The position numbers and the translations under genes are program-made. Of a stretch of DNA of 24,000 nucleotides, positions 1-8,911 are shown piece after piece (the stretch's first letter is position 1; the number at the start of each line of letters is the position of its first letter). The notes beneath the pieces were generated by a model. That model was not told the origin of the DNA and did not search any database. It worked only from the letters and a program-made list of their open reading frames with translations. Source of the DNA: Coriobacteriia bacterium (GTDB lineage Bacteria > Actinomycetota > Coriobacteriia > Anaerosomatales > PALSA-660); contig DATCIA010000105.1 of NCBI GenBank assembly GCA_036508075.1, forward strand, positions 9,994 through 33,993. Direction: 5' to 3'.

Positions 1-819
1 CGCGGCTGCGTGGAACAGCGGGAGTGCGCGGGCGACGAGGTAGACACCGGCCGCGACCATCGTCGCGGCATGGATGAGAGCGGACGCCGGGGTGGGGCCC
101 GCCATCGCGTCGGGAAGCCACACGTGCAGCGGCACTTGGGCGGACTTGCCCATGGCGCCCGCGAGCAGGCCCAGCGACACCAGGGTCGCGGCGCCGACGG
201 CCCACGTGGTGCCGTGCAGCACGACGGCGAAGTCGAACGAGTGCGCGTAGGACCACATCGCCGCCAGCCCGATCGCGAAGCCGACGTCACCGACGCGCGT
301 CGTGAGGAACGCCTTGATCGAGGCTCGCCGCGGCGCGTCCTGCTCGTGCCAGAAGCCGATGAGCAGGTAGCTGCACAGGCCCATCACCTCCCACGACATG
401 TAGAGCAGGAGGAAGTCACCGGCCAGTACGAGCAGAAGCATCGCCGCCGAGAACAGCGCCAGCACCGCGAAGTACCAACCCTGGCGCTCCTCGCGGTGCA
501 TGTAGCCCAGCGAGTAGACCTGGACGCAGACGCCGACGATCGTCACGACGAGCAGCATGACGGCCGTCACGGGGTCGAGCCGCATGCTGACCGCCACCGG
601 CGCTCCGCCAAGCGTCGCCAGGACCGTGGAGACGCCCCACACGGGCTCCTCGCCGCCGCCGGGCCACACCTGCAGGAAGGCGGCCACCGAGAGCGCCAGA
701 GAGCCGCTCATGGCGGCCAGCGGCAACCAGCGGGCCGCGGTCCGGATGCGGCGCGACATCGGCAGCATCGCGGCGAACGCGAGCGCGGGCAGCAGCGGGA
801 TGAGCGCGATCCACATCAT
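1..819 (-). CDS. nuoL: NADH-quinone oxidoreductase subunit L, N-terminal 273 codons (gene continues past left window edge)
   Basis: Not in the supplied track because the ORF is open at the edge. My translation of the minus strand from ATG 819 reads MMWIALIPLLPALAF...LYMSWEVMGLCSYLLIGFWHEQ...GAMGKSAQVPLHVWLPDAMAGPTPASALIHAATMVAAGVYLVAR, which carries the conserved NuoL / Mrp-antiporter-like motifs. It starts 4 nt after the nuoK stop. Confidence 0.9.
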   Translation of the reverse strand, partial: MMWIALIPLLPALAFAAMLPMSRRIRTAARWLPLAAMSGSLALSVAAFLQVWPGGGEEPVWGVSTVLATLGGAPVAVSMRLDPVTAVMLLVVTIVGVCVQVYSLGYMHREERQGWYFAVLALFSAAMLLLVLAGDFLLLYMSWEVMGLCSYLLIGFWHEQDAPRRASIKAFLTTRVGDVGFAIGLAAMWSYAHSFDFAVVLHGTTWAVGAATLVSLGLLAGAMGKSAQVPLHVWLPDAMAGPTPASALIHAATMVAAGVYLVARALPLFHAAA

Positions 820-823
820 CGCG

Positions 824-1135
824 TCATCCCCTCAGCCGATCGATGCGGTCGAGCTCGACCGTTCGGCGAAGCTTGTAGAGCGCGAGCACCAGCGCGAGCC
901 CGAGGCCGATCTCGGCGGCGGCCACGACGATGACGAACGAGGCCGCGAACTGCCCCGCCATCGAGGCCGGCGTGACGAAACGCGAGATGGCGACGAGGTT
1001 GAGGTTGACGGCGTTGGTCATGAGCTCGAGCGACATGAGCACCAGGACAGCGCTCTTCTTCGTGAGCGCGCCGAACAGCCCGATGCAGAAGAGCAGCGCG
1101 GCGAGCGCCATGAACGCCACGGGTCCGACGGTCAC
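824..1135 (-). CDS. nuoK: NADH-quinone oxidoreductase subunit K
   Basis: 103-aa, 3-TM protein (LFCIGLFGALTKKSAV...SLELMTNAVNLNLVA). The GTG start forms a GTGA overlap with the nuoJ stop. Position in the operon fits. Confidence 0.92.
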   Translation of the reverse strand: MTVGPVAFMALAALLFCIGLFGALTKKSAVLVLMSLELMTNAVNLNLVAISRFVTPASMAGQFAASFVIVVAAAEIGLGLALVLALYKLRRTVELDRIDRLRG

Positions 1136-1632
1136 CGGTCGTCACCCCCCGCCCACCACACCGCGCCGACGAGCGCGATGAGCAGCACCACCGAGGCGAT
1201 CTCGAAGGGAAGGGCCCGTTGCGTGAACAGCAGGGCCCCGAACTCGGCCACGCCGGGCGTGGTCGCAGGCGCGGAGACGACCGGGGGGACGAAGGAGGCG
1301 ACCGCCGCGGCCACGGCGCCGAACACGCCGAGCGCGATGATGCCCGCCGACCACGACAGGTCGAGCGGGCGCTGCGCGTCCTCGCGGCGACGCAGCGTCA
1401 GCATCACGGTGAACAGCACCAGCACGGATACCGCACCCGCGTAGACCATGACCTGGATCAGCGCGAGGAACCCCGCGGACAGCAGCATGAACAGGCCCGC
1501 GACGGCCATCATGACCTCGAGCAGCCAGAACGCCGCGTGCACCACGTTGCGCACGAGCACCATCATCACTGCTCCGCCGACAGCCGCGACGGCCAGCACG
1601 ACGAAGGGCACGACGGCCACGGACTCAGGCAT
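1132..1632 (-). CDS. nuoJ: NADH-quinone oxidoreductase subunit J
   Basis: 166-aa hydrophobic protein (AFWLLEVMMAVAGLFMLLSAGFLALIQVMVYAGAVSVLVLF). ATG 1632 overlaps the nuoI stop by 8 nt. It lies between nuoI and nuoK. Confidence 0.9.
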   Translation of the reverse strand: MPESVAVVPFVVLAVAAVGGAVMMVLVRNVVHAAFWLLEVMMAVAGLFMLLSAGFLALIQVMVYAGAVSVLVLFTVMLTLRRREDAQRPLDLSWSAGIIALGVFGAVAAAVASFVPPVVSAPATTPGVAEFGALLFTQRALPFEIASVVLLIALVGAVWWAGGDDR

Positions 1633-2062
1633 CGTCGCCTCCCTTCACCCGGCGCGGGGACGCGGCGTCGACGTCGTGCAGCAGCACGCGCACCAGGTCG
1701 TGGGGGTCTCGCGTCGCCAGCTCGTACTCGTGGCTCATCTCGATCGCGTCGTACGGGCATGCCTCGACGCACAGGCCGCACATCATGCAGGCGCCGACCT
1801 CGTAGACGTAGTCGTCGATGTGCTTCCCGCCGCCCTCGATCGGTGACACCACGACGCTGAGGACGTGATCGGGGCACTCGTTCTCGCAGATGCGGCACGC
1901 GGTGCACTTCGGGTTGCCGTCGGCGTCGTAGAGCTGCGCCACGGCCCAGCGCGCCCGCTCGGGGATCACGAGCTTCTGCTCGGGATACATGACCGTGATC
2001 GGGCCGCGGAGCATGTTGCGCATGGTGATGCGCATGCCGTTGAGGATGCCGGAGCCCCACAT
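1625..2062 (-). CDS. nuoI: NADH-quinone oxidoreductase subunit I (2x[4Fe-4S] ferredoxin-type)
   Basis: Two CxxCxxCxxxCP motifs (CTACRICENECP, CMMCGLCVEACP). The true start is ATG 2062 (MWGSGILNGMRITMRNML), sharing 1 nt with the nuoH TGA. The upstream 290 codons of the track ORF lie over nuoH in another frame and are not coding. Confidence 0.92.
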   Translation of the reverse strand: MWGSGILNGMRITMRNMLRGPITVMYPEQKLVIPERARWAVAQLYDADGNPKCTACRICENECPDHVLSVVVSPIEGGGKHIDDYVYEVGACMMCGLCVEACPYDAIEMSHEYELATRDPHDLVRVLLHDVDAASPRRVKGGDDA

Positions 2063-3075
2063 CAGCGGCTCACCGCCACGGCGATGACGGGCCACAGGCG
2101 CTGGATGCACGCCCACAGCACGACCCACGCGAGCGAGACCGGGATGAGCACCTTCCAGCAGAACGACAGCATCTGGTCGACGCGGAAGCGGGGCAGCGAG
2201 CCGCGCGCCCACATCATCACGAAGATGCCGGTGTAGGTCTTGGCCATGAACACGAGCGGGGCGAGCCACGCCGGTGTGGCGAGCCAGGGCAGCTGCCAGC
2301 CGCCGAAGAACAGCATCGTGCCGATCGCCGAGACGACGAACATGTTCGAGAACTCGGCGAGGTACATGAAGGAGAACCGCATGCCCCCATACTCGTTGGC
2401 GAAGCCCGTGATCAGCTCCGACTCGGCCTCGGACATGTCGAACGGCGTCTGCTGCGTCTCGGCCTGCGAAGAGATCGCGTACACGACGAACGCGATCAAC
2501 TGCGGCAGGACGAACCAGCGCGGGATGAAGCCGAGCCACACGCCCGACTGCGCCGCGACGATCTTCACCGGATCGAGCGAGCCGGCCATCATCACGGGGC
2601 CGAGCGCGGACAGCAGCAGCGGCACCTCGTACGCGATCTGCAGGCCGGCCGCGCGCATTCCGCCCAAAAGCGACCACTTCGAGTTCGAGGACCAACCGGC
2701 CATGAGCACGCCGAGCGGCACGAGTGAGGTGAGCGCGAACGCGAGCAGCAGGCCGGTGTCGAGGCTGGTCACGGCAAGCGTGGGTCCGAACACCAGCGGG
2801 ATGTAGGCCATGAACGACGGCACGAAGATCAGGAACGGCGCGATGTTGAACAGCCATGCGTCCGCGGAGTCGGGGCGCAGGTCCTCTTTGGTGAGCAGTT
2901 TGATGACGTCGTTGATCGTCTGCAGGATGCCCCACGGGCCGACGCGGTTCGGGCCGATGCGCAGGTGCAGGCGGCCGAGCACCTTCCGCAGCATGTAGAT
3001 GAGCACGACGCCGTTGACGAGCAGCAGCCCGATCATGGCGCCGAACCGCGCGAGGACGCCCAAGGCGGTACTCAT
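2062..3075 (-). CDS. nuoH: NADH-quinone oxidoreductase subunit H
   Basis: 337-aa polytopic protein with NuoH/ND1 signatures (RIGPNRVGPWGILQ, GWSSNSKWSLLGGMRAAGLQIAYEVP, FDMSEAESELITGF, EYGGMRF). ATGA overlap with the nuoD stop. Confidence 0.95.
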   Translation of the reverse strand: MSTALGVLARFGAMIGLLLVNGVVLIYMLRKVLGRLHLRIGPNRVGPWGILQTINDVIKLLTKEDLRPDSADAWLFNIAPFLIFVPSFMAYIPLVFGPTLAVTSLDTGLLLAFALTSLVPLGVLMAGWSSNSKWSLLGGMRAAGLQIAYEVPLLLSALGPVMMAGSLDPVKIVAAQSGVWLGFIPRWFVLPQLIAFVVYAISSQAETQQTPFDMSEAESELITGFANEYGGMRFSFMYLAEFSNMFVVSAIGTMLFFGGWQLPWLATPAWLAPLVFMAKTYTGIFVMMWARGSLPRFRVDQMLSFCWKVLIPVSLAWVVLWACIQRLWPVIAVAVSR

Positions 3076-4271
3076 CGGTCGATCTCCCCGAGCACGATGT
3101 CGAGGCTGCCGAGCGTGACGATGGCGTCGGCGATCAGCCCGCCCGCGAGCGCCTCGTCGACGACCGCGAGGTTGAAGTAGGCCGGGGAGCGCAGACGCAT
3201 CCGGTAGGGAGTCAGCCCGCCATCGGAGACGAGGTGGATGCCGAGCTCGCCGCGGGGCGACTCCACGGCGGCGTAGCTCTCCCCCGCCGGCACCTTCAGC
3301 GCGCGCGAACGCTTCGAGGAGAACTCACCCTCGGGCATCCCGTCGAGCAGCTGGCGGATCAATCTCAGGCACTGGCGCATCTCGCCGACGCGCACGACAT
3401 AGCGGTCCCAGTTGTCGCCGCGCTGCCCCGTCGGCACCTCGAACTCGAGCTCGGGGTACGCGCAGTAGGGCACGTCGCGGCGCAGGTCGTAGTCGACGCC
3501 CGAGGCGCGCAGGCAGCCGCCGGTCATCCCGAACGCGAGCGCGGTCGTGCGGTCGATGACCCCGGTGCCGTTCATGCGCAGCCGGAAGATCTCGTTGCCC
3601 CCGAGAAGCGCGTCGTTCTCGTCGAGCCACCCCGAGGCGTGCGATAGCCACTCGCGGATCTTCGCGTCGATGCCCGCCGGGATGTCGGCGACCACGCCGC
3701 CGGGACGGACGTAGTTGAACATCATCCGCGAGCCGGTGATCGCCTCGAGCACGTCGAGGATCATCTCGCGGTCGCGCATGATGTAGAGGAACGGAGCCAT
3801 GGCACCCGCGTCGAGGCCGAAGGTGCCGATCCACACGAGGTGGCTCGCGTAGCGGTTCAGCTCCATCAGCAGCGAGCGTAGCCACGACGCCTTGCGCGGC
3901 ACCTCGATGCCCGCCAGCTTCTCGACCGTCAGCGCCCATGCGGTCTCCGTGTGCAGACCCGAGAGGTAGTCGGCGCGATCCAGCAGCGTCGGGACCTGGT
4001 GGTAGCGGCGCGACTCGGCGAGCTTCTCGATGCCTCGGTGCAGGTAGCCCAGCGACGCCTCGGCTGCGATGACCTCCTCGCCGTCGAGTTCGACGAGCAC
4101 GTGGAGCACGCCGTGCGTGGACGGATGCTGCGGCCCCATGTTGAGCACGAGGTGCTCGGTCGCCAGTTCGTCGACCCCACGCGGGATGCGGCGCAGGCCA
4201 CGCGGCAGCGGCCCGGGACGCTGGGTGCCCTCCGAGGTGATCTGCCAGCCCATGTGCTCTTCGTCGGTCAC
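3072..4271 (-). CDS. nuoD: NADH-quinone oxidoreductase subunit D
   Basis: NiFe-hydrogenase-large-subunit-like NuoD motifs (LNMGPQHPSTHGVLHV, GYLHRGIEKL, ESPRGELGIHLVSDG, RSPAYFNL, LGEIDR). I place the start at GTG 4271 (GTGA overlap with the nuoC stop). ATG 4253 is the alternative. The track ORF up to 4682 is an overextension across nuoC. Confidence 0.92.
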   Translation of the reverse strand: MTDEEHMGWQITSEGTQRPGPLPRGLRRIPRGVDELATEHLVLNMGPQHPSTHGVLHVLVELDGEEVIAAEASLGYLHRGIEKLAESRRYHQVPTLLDRADYLSGLHTETAWALTVEKLAGIEVPRKASWLRSLLMELNRYASHLVWIGTFGLDAGAMAPFLYIMRDREMILDVLEAITGSRMMFNYVRPGGVVADIPAGIDAKIREWLSHASGWLDENDALLGGNEIFRLRMNGTGVIDRTTALAFGMTGGCLRASGVDYDLRRDVPYCAYPELEFEVPTGQRGDNWDRYVVRVGEMRQCLRLIRQLLDGMPEGEFSSKRSRALKVPAGESYAAVESPRGELGIHLVSDGGLTPYRMRLRSPAYFNLAVVDEALAGGLIADAIVTLGSLDIVLGEIDR

Positions 4272-4717
4272 GAGGGTCGCCGCACCTCCTCGGCCGTGCG
4301 GATCAGCACGGACTTGCGCAGCAGCGGTTCGGTGCCGTCGGTGGTAAGCAGGCGCTTGGGGTTGGGGTGCCCCGTGAAGGTCATCCCGAGCAGCTCGGCC
4401 GCCTCGCGCTCGGGGTACAGCGCCGCGGGGTAGGTCTCCCACACGCTCGGCGCCGAGCCGTCGTAGTCGACGAGCGCCTTGAGGTAGAGGTCGGAGCGCT
4501 GCGCGAACGCGCGCAGGTGCCACGTGACCTCGAGCCGCTCGCCCGTGTCGGTGGCGAACAGGTCGACGAGGAAGTCGAACCCGGATTCCTCGAGCGCGGC
4601 GAGCGCGTCCGCGATCAGGGAGACGTCGAGGCGCACGACCTCGCCGAGCACCTCGGTCGAGGCCTCGAAGGGGATGCCGCACGCATGGAGGACGTCAGCG
4701 GGTCGCGTCGCGGGCAT
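4268..4717 (-). CDS. nuoC: NADH-quinone oxidoreductase subunit C (short form, 149 aa)
   Basis: NuoC-like core (FLVDLFATD...LEVTWHL...[33 protein letters not shown]). It lies between nuoB and nuoD. The start overlaps the nuoB 3' end by 23 nt. Confidence 0.88.
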   Translation of the reverse strand: MPATRPADVLHACGIPFEASTEVLGEVVRLDVSLIADALAALEESGFDFLVDLFATDTGERLEVTWHLRAFAQRSDLYLKALVDYDGSAPSVWETYPAALYPEREAAELLGMTFTGHPNPKRLLTTDGTEPLLRKSVLIRTAEEVRRPS

Positions 4718-5198
4718 CGAGCCGCTCCTGTGTCTTCGCGCGGATCTTGTCCTGCAACTGCGTGAAGGCGTACTGCATCGACTCCGGGCGCGGAGGACAG
4801 CCCGGCACCCAGATGTCGACGGGGACGATCGTGTCGACGCCCAGGACCACGTTGGGATACTCGCGGAACGGACCTCCGGTGGACGCGCATGCGCCCATGG
4901 CGATGACCCACTTGGGCTCGGGCATCTGGTCGTAGAGACGGCGCAGCACGGGCGCCATCTTCTTGTTGACCGTGCCCGCGACGATCATCACGTCGGTCTG
5001 GCGCGGGCTACCCCGGTGGAAGATGCCGAAGCGGTCGTAGTCGAACCGCGGTCCGCCGGCGCTCATCAGGCCCTCGATGGCGCAGCAGGCGATGCCGAAG
5101 CTCAGGTAGAAGAGCGAGTTGGCGCGCGCCAGGTCGAACAGCTGCTCGCTGCGGATGAAGACGACGGAGTGCTCCCCGGCGATGCGGTCTAGCGCCAC
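4695..5198 (-). CDS. nuoB: NADH-quinone oxidoreductase subunit B
   Basis: N2-cluster ligand motifs [18 protein letters not shown] and PGCPPRPE. There is no ATG near the homologous N-terminus. An in-frame GTG at 5198 ([14 protein letters not shown]) gives 167 aa and a 10-nt overlap with nuoA. The start is uncertain by a few codons. Confidence 0.88.
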   Translation of the reverse strand: MALDRIAGEHSVVFIRSEQLFDLARANSLFYLSFGIACCAIEGLMSAGGPRFDYDRFGIFHRGSPRQTDVMIVAGTVNKKMAPVLRRLYDQMPEPKWVIAMGACASTGGPFREYPNVVLGVDTIVPVDIWVPGCPPRPESMQYAFTQLQDKIRAKTQERLDARDATR

Positions 5199-5557
5199 TG
5201 GAGCGCCCCCTCCTTCCACGCATAGGCCAGCCCGAGCGCGAGGATGCCGATGAAGACGACCATCTCGCCCAACACGAACAGCGGGAGCGCGTCGAGCGTG
5301 ACGGCCCACGGGTAGAGGAACGCGGTCTCGACGTCGAAGAGCACGAAGAGCAGCGCGTAGAGGTAGTAGCCGATCTTGAGCTGCACCCAGGGAGGCCCGA
5401 CCGGCTCGACACCGCACTCGTAGATCTCGGACTTCACACGCTCGGGCTTGCGGTGCTGGAGCAGTCGCGACATGCCCAAGGTGACGCCGACGAAAGCGAC
5501 GCCGCCGATGAGGAACCACGCTATGACGTTGTAGTCGAACGCGTACGACGGCTCCAT
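5189..5557 (-). CDS. nuoA: NADH-quinone oxidoreductase subunit A
   Basis: 122-aa, 3-TM protein with the NuoA signature ([40 protein letters not shown]). First gene of the operon. Start ATG 5557; the longer track ORF adds a non-hydrophobic, R/G-rich extension. Confidence 0.9.
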   Translation of the reverse strand: MEPSYAFDYNVIAWFLIGGVAFVGVTLGMSRLLQHRKPERVKSEIYECGVEPVGPPWVQLKIGYYLYALLFVLFDVETAFLYPWAVTLDALPLFVLGEMVVFIGILALGLAYAWKEGALQWR

Positions 5558-5634
5558 GCGACCCGTTCCGCTGTCCCGGCTTCTACTTCCGAGGATATGC
5601 CCGAGCGTCCCCCGAGATACACGAATGCCCTTCG

Positions 5635-5660
5635 GCGTGGCGGCGCCAGTGCCGCCACGC
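5635..5660 (-). terminator. GC-rich 10-bp perfect hairpin between the hypothetical gene and nuoA (candidate U-tract-less terminator or nuo leader structure)
   Basis: GCGTGGCGGC-gccagt-GCCGCCACGC read directly from the sequence. It lies about 100 nt after the stop of the 5762-6178 gene and about 80 nt before the nuoA ATG. No U-tract follows on the minus strand. Confidence 0.35.
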
Positions 5661-5761
5661 GAGGGCAGGAGGTCGAGGGAGCGTATCACTCGGCAGGAAG
5701 TCGGGGCAAGAGGGAAAGCGCACATACCCCGCGAGGTATGCCGCGAAGGCGGCGCAGCGCG

Positions 5762-6178
5762 TCAGGGGGCGGGCGCTCCCCCGTCGGCGTCGTCGGGTGC
5801 AGGCCCCGACTTCAGGATCTCCCAGTACTGGGCGACCCGTCCGATCACCAGCGCCTGCAGCGGCTCGACGAGGAACGTGTAGGCCTTCCGCCGCGCGATG
5901 AGCTCCTGAATATGATCCGCGAGTTCAAGGTCGCCGATCGTCTCCCGGGTCCACTTGACCAGCAGATCGGGGTCGATGAAGTTCACACCGACGTCGGAGT
6001 CGGTCCCGTCCTGAGGCTCGAACGGCACGAGGAACTCGGCGACCTCCAGCAGACTGCGCAGGCGTCGGGCCGGACGCGCGGTGGACAGGAGCTCCGCGGC
6101 CTCGAGCGCCTCGAAGATCCCCACATCGCGCATCCAGAGGGCGGCGTCCTCGCGGGACGGGGTACTCAGTGGTTCCAT
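5762..6178 (-). CDS. hypothetical acidic protein, 138 aa
   Basis: ATG 6178 is preceded by AAGGAGG at a 5-nt spacing. The translation MEPLSTPSREDAALWMRDVG...VNFIDPDLLVKWTRETIGDLELADHIQELIARRKAYTFLVEPLQALVIGRVAQYWEILK is non-repetitive and looks helical. I recognise no family. The upstream 91 codons of the track ORF are R/A/S-rich and overlap capA. Confidence 0.65.
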   Translation of the reverse strand: MEPLSTPSREDAALWMRDVGIFEALEAAELLSTARPARRLRSLLEVAEFLVPFEPQDGTDSDVGVNFIDPDLLVKWTRETIGDLELADHIQELIARRKAYTFLVEPLQALVIGRVAQYWEILKSGPAPDDADGGAPAP

Positions 6179-6251
6179 CAGGCCTCCTTGGCCGCTCGCC
6201 CCGGCATCTCGCATACGACCATACCCCTCGCCGGCGGACGCCGCGACCCGT

Positions 6252-7331
6252 CTAGAGGTAGCCCCTGAACACCCGCGCGCAGTAGGAGCGATACGCGCGC
6301 ATGTGTGCGCGGTCGCTCGCGCTGATGCGCGAGGCGCCCGCCTTGAGCGCGTCGGAGATGAGCACGGTGCGCCACGTGGACGTGCCCTGCCCGTAGGAGA
6401 CGTCGCGGTAGACGGGCAGCACCTTGAGGCGCGCAACCTTCGCGACCCCACTGCGGCGCGTGACCGTGGCCGAGACCATGATCCCGAGGTCGGTGTAGGG
6501 CTTGGTCATGGTGCTGATGAAGTTGCCCATCGAGTAGACGATGTAGTGGCCCCGGTACTTCTCGACCGGACGCACGACGTGCGGATGCGATCCCAGGACG
6601 AGGTCGGCCCCCGCGTCGATCCACGCCCGCGCCTTCGCCTTGGTCGCGCTCTCCGGGGTACGCGAGTACTCCGCGCCGAAGTGCGGGACGACGATCACGA
6701 GGTCGGCCTGAGCGCGCCCGTGGGCGATCCAGTGCTTCATCGTGATCATGTCGATGCGGTTCACGGCTCCCGGGAACGGGCTGCGGATCCCGTTGGTGCC
6801 GTAGGTGAACGCGATGAAGGCGATCTTCACGCCGTCGTGCGTGACGACCGTCATGCCGGACTTGTTGCTGCCCGTGTGCGCGAGGCCGAGGCGGTCGAGG
6901 TAGGAGGCCGTGTAGCGGACCCCGGTCGCACCACCGTCAAGCGTGTGGTTGTTGGCGGTGGTGAGCACGTCGAACCCGGCGCCCTTCAGGGCGCGGGCGT
7001 AGGCGGTCGGCGAGCGGAAGCACGGGTAGCCGGTGAAGCCGCTCGAGCGCAGAGTCGTCTCGAGGTTGCCGGCCGCGATGTCGGCCGCCTTGATCCACGG
7101 CGCGATCGCGCGGAACGAGGGGGCGAAGTCGTAGACGCCGTGGCTGTACGCGGCAGAGAGCTGCCCGCGGTGCACCATGAGGTCGCCGACGGCGATGACA
7201 GTGACGGTCGCGTCGGGCGTCGCGGTGGGCTCGGGAGTGGGAGTGGTCTCGGCGATGGCGATCGCCGGAGCGGCCAGCGCGATCAGCAGCGCCGCCGCGG
7301 CTACTGTCGTGACCCACCTGCGAATGCTCAT
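6252..7331 (-). CDS. CapA-family (PGA_cap metallophosphatase-like) secreted protein
   Basis: Motifs VIAVGDLMVH, AAGNLET, DVLTTANNHTLD, VVPHFGAEY, GADLVLGSHPHVVRP and VYSMGNFIS are typical of the CapA/PGA_cap family. Signal peptide MSIRRWVTTVAAAALLIALAAPAIAIA starts at ATG 7331. A possible promoter, CTGACG-17 nt-GATACT, lies upstream. Confidence 0.85.
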   Translation of the reverse strand: MSIRRWVTTVAAAALLIALAAPAIAIAETTPTPEPTATPDATVTVIAVGDLMVHRGQLSAAYSHGVYDFAPSFRAIAPWIKAADIAAGNLETTLRSSGFTGYPCFRSPTAYARALKGAGFDVLTTANNHTLDGGATGVRYTASYLDRLGLAHTGSNKSGMTVVTHDGVKIAFIAFTYGTNGIRSPFPGAVNRIDMITMKHWIAHGRAQADLVIVVPHFGAEYSRTPESATKAKARAWIDAGADLVLGSHPHVVRPVEKYRGHYIVYSMGNFISTMTKPYTDLGIMVSATVTRRSGVAKVARLKVLPVYRDVSYGQGTSTWRTVLISDALKAGASRISASDRAHMRAYRSYCARVFRGYL

Positions 7332-7416
7332 GTGCCCCCCGGCCCCCGAGTGACGCGCCCCCATTACGACGAGTATCGCAGGTCGCGGACTGCGCGTCAG
7401 GTTCCGAGGATCTTCA

Positions 7417-8235
7417 TCACGCGTCCCTGCCGGCCAGAAGCCCCCGGAACGTCTCGTAGGTGAGCAGATCGGCCTCGTCGGGACGCTCGAGAAAGCGGTT
7501 CACATCGGCCCGGGCCGCCGGCCAATCCACGTCGGCGAGTCGCGACAGCACCGCGACGGGCCACTCCCCGACCTCGAAGGTATTCGCGGCGCCGGATGTC
7601 TGGCGCAGTGCGTTGCGGAGCATCTCGATGTTGGGTTCGGGGCGTCGTGGGTCCTGCAGATACCACCACAGGTCATAGAGGTCCCGCCCCTTGGTGTAGC
7701 GCCGCGTCATCACCGCGGCGAGCTTCCCCGCGAACAGCGACGGCAGGTCGTGGTGCTGCACCCGGAGCCCATACTCGAAGCTCCGCAGACCGCCTACCTC
7801 GAGCACCGCGCCCGCAGGTGGCCTGGTGTCCACCTCGATCTTGACGCGGAAGACCTTGTCCGCGTGCGGCGAGATCCCCGCCTCGTACTCGGCGCCCACG
7901 AATCCGATGAAGGCCTTGTTGACCACGCTCTTGTCGTTGACGCTCGCGCGTACGACGTAGCCCTGCGCGGTCAGGTCCCGCTCGACGCGCGCGACCATGT
8001 GCGCGAAGGCGAATCCGCCCTCGGGCCGCTCCAGCGCGAAATCCAGATCCTCAGAGAAGCGTGCGATCCCGTAGACGAAGCGCAGGCACGTGCCGCCGTG
8101 GAACGCGAGGGGCCGGAACGCCTTGGCGCTCTGCATCGACGCGAGCACGGTGGCCTGAAGGTACTCGCGCATCAGGTTCACGCCATCGACCGCCGGGGGG
8201 CGGTTCGAGACGAGCGCGATCATCCGATCCTTCAC
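7417..8235 (-). CDS. abiEii: AbiEii/AbiGii-family nucleotidyltransferase toxin (type IV TA / abortive infection)
   Basis: DUF1814-like features: LMREYLQATVL, AFHGGTCLRFVYGIARFSEDLDF, KIEVDTRPP and AGKLAAVMTRRYTKGRDLYDLWWYL. GTG 8235 forms a GTGA overlap with the abiEi stop (alternative ATG 8223). Confidence 0.88.
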   Translation of the reverse strand: MKDRMIALVSNRPPAVDGVNLMREYLQATVLASMQSAKAFRPLAFHGGTCLRFVYGIARFSEDLDFALERPEGGFAFAHMVARVERDLTAQGYVVRASVNDKSVVNKAFIGFVGAEYEAGISPHADKVFRVKIEVDTRPPAGAVLEVGGLRSFEYGLRVQHHDLPSLFAGKLAAVMTRRYTKGRDLYDLWWYLQDPRRPEPNIEMLRNALRQTSGAANTFEVGEWPVAVLSRLADVDWPAARADVNRFLERPDEADLLTYETFRGLLAGRDA

Positions 8236-8906
8236 TGATGCTCACCTTCTTCCAGCTCACGGTACTCATCACGTTGGAGCGAAGCGATCTGCTTCACGAT
8301 CGACGCGGCTCTGATCAGTCTGGGGCTGCCCGATCTCCGGGCCATGTCCGAAAGCCTGCCCGAATCCAAACGTCCCGCGGTCTCGAGGCGCAGCTCGTCG
8401 AGCAGCGCGCGATCGTCCGCGTGCGTGCGGAAGTACAGCACGTCGAGCAGTGCCTTCTCGGGACTCGCAACGAACGCGGAGGCCTGCAGGGCGGGAGGTC
8501 CCGAGAAGAGCGGCACAAGGTCGTAGCCCCACAGGTAGGTCGGCCGGATATGCCGGTACGCGAATCGGCCGTACGGGGTGTCGTAGGCACCGGCCCTTCC
8601 GGTCGTCACGCTGGTGACGGTGAAGACCGACTCCGGAGTGATCCCGTACCAGCCGAGCGCGTACTCCATCGATACGTACGAGGGCCGGACCAGGGCATTG
8701 GCGATCTCGAAGGGGTGCGGACGCCGGGAAGCGTACGGGTCGGCGACGACGTACAGGCCCCTCCGCAGTCTGACGAGACGGCCCGTCGACACCCAGCGGG
8801 AGAGCTGGCTGGCCAGGTCGACCGGGTCCACGTCGCCCGCGAGCAGAAGCGACGGCTCGAAGAGCGGTCGCTCACCAACGATCTCAAGTAGCTCGGCAAA
8901 CTTCAT
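8232..8906 (-). CDS. abiEi: AbiEi-family antitoxin / transcriptional regulator
   Basis: N-terminal wHTH-like segment (LSRWVSTGRLVRLRRGLYVV). It sits immediately upstream of abiEii and is coupled to it, and its size is typical. Start taken at ATG 8906 (MKFAELLEIV). There is no SD upstream, so the mRNA may be leaderless. Confidence 0.82.
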   Translation of the reverse strand: MKFAELLEIVGERPLFEPSLLLAGDVDPVDLASQLSRWVSTGRLVRLRRGLYVVADPYASRRPHPFEIANALVRPSYVSMEYALGWYGITPESVFTVTSVTTGRAGAYDTPYGRFAYRHIRPTYLWGYDLVPLFSGPPALQASAFVASPEKALLDVLYFRTHADDRALLDELRLETAGRLDSGRLSDMARRSGSPRLIRAASIVKQIASLQRDEYRELEEGEHQ

Positions 8907-8911
8907 AGCGT

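Noticed and set aside
1625-2935. Long N-terminal extensions of track ORFs (nuoI to 2935, nuoD to 4682, nuoB to 5519, nuoA to 5725, hydratase alpha to 21235, mdh to 21057, HTH-MNT to 14313, hicB to 10893)
   Set aside because: The extensions overlap the upstream gene in another frame and are R/A/P-rich. Family-conserved N-termini with SD sequences or coupled start codons lie far downstream.
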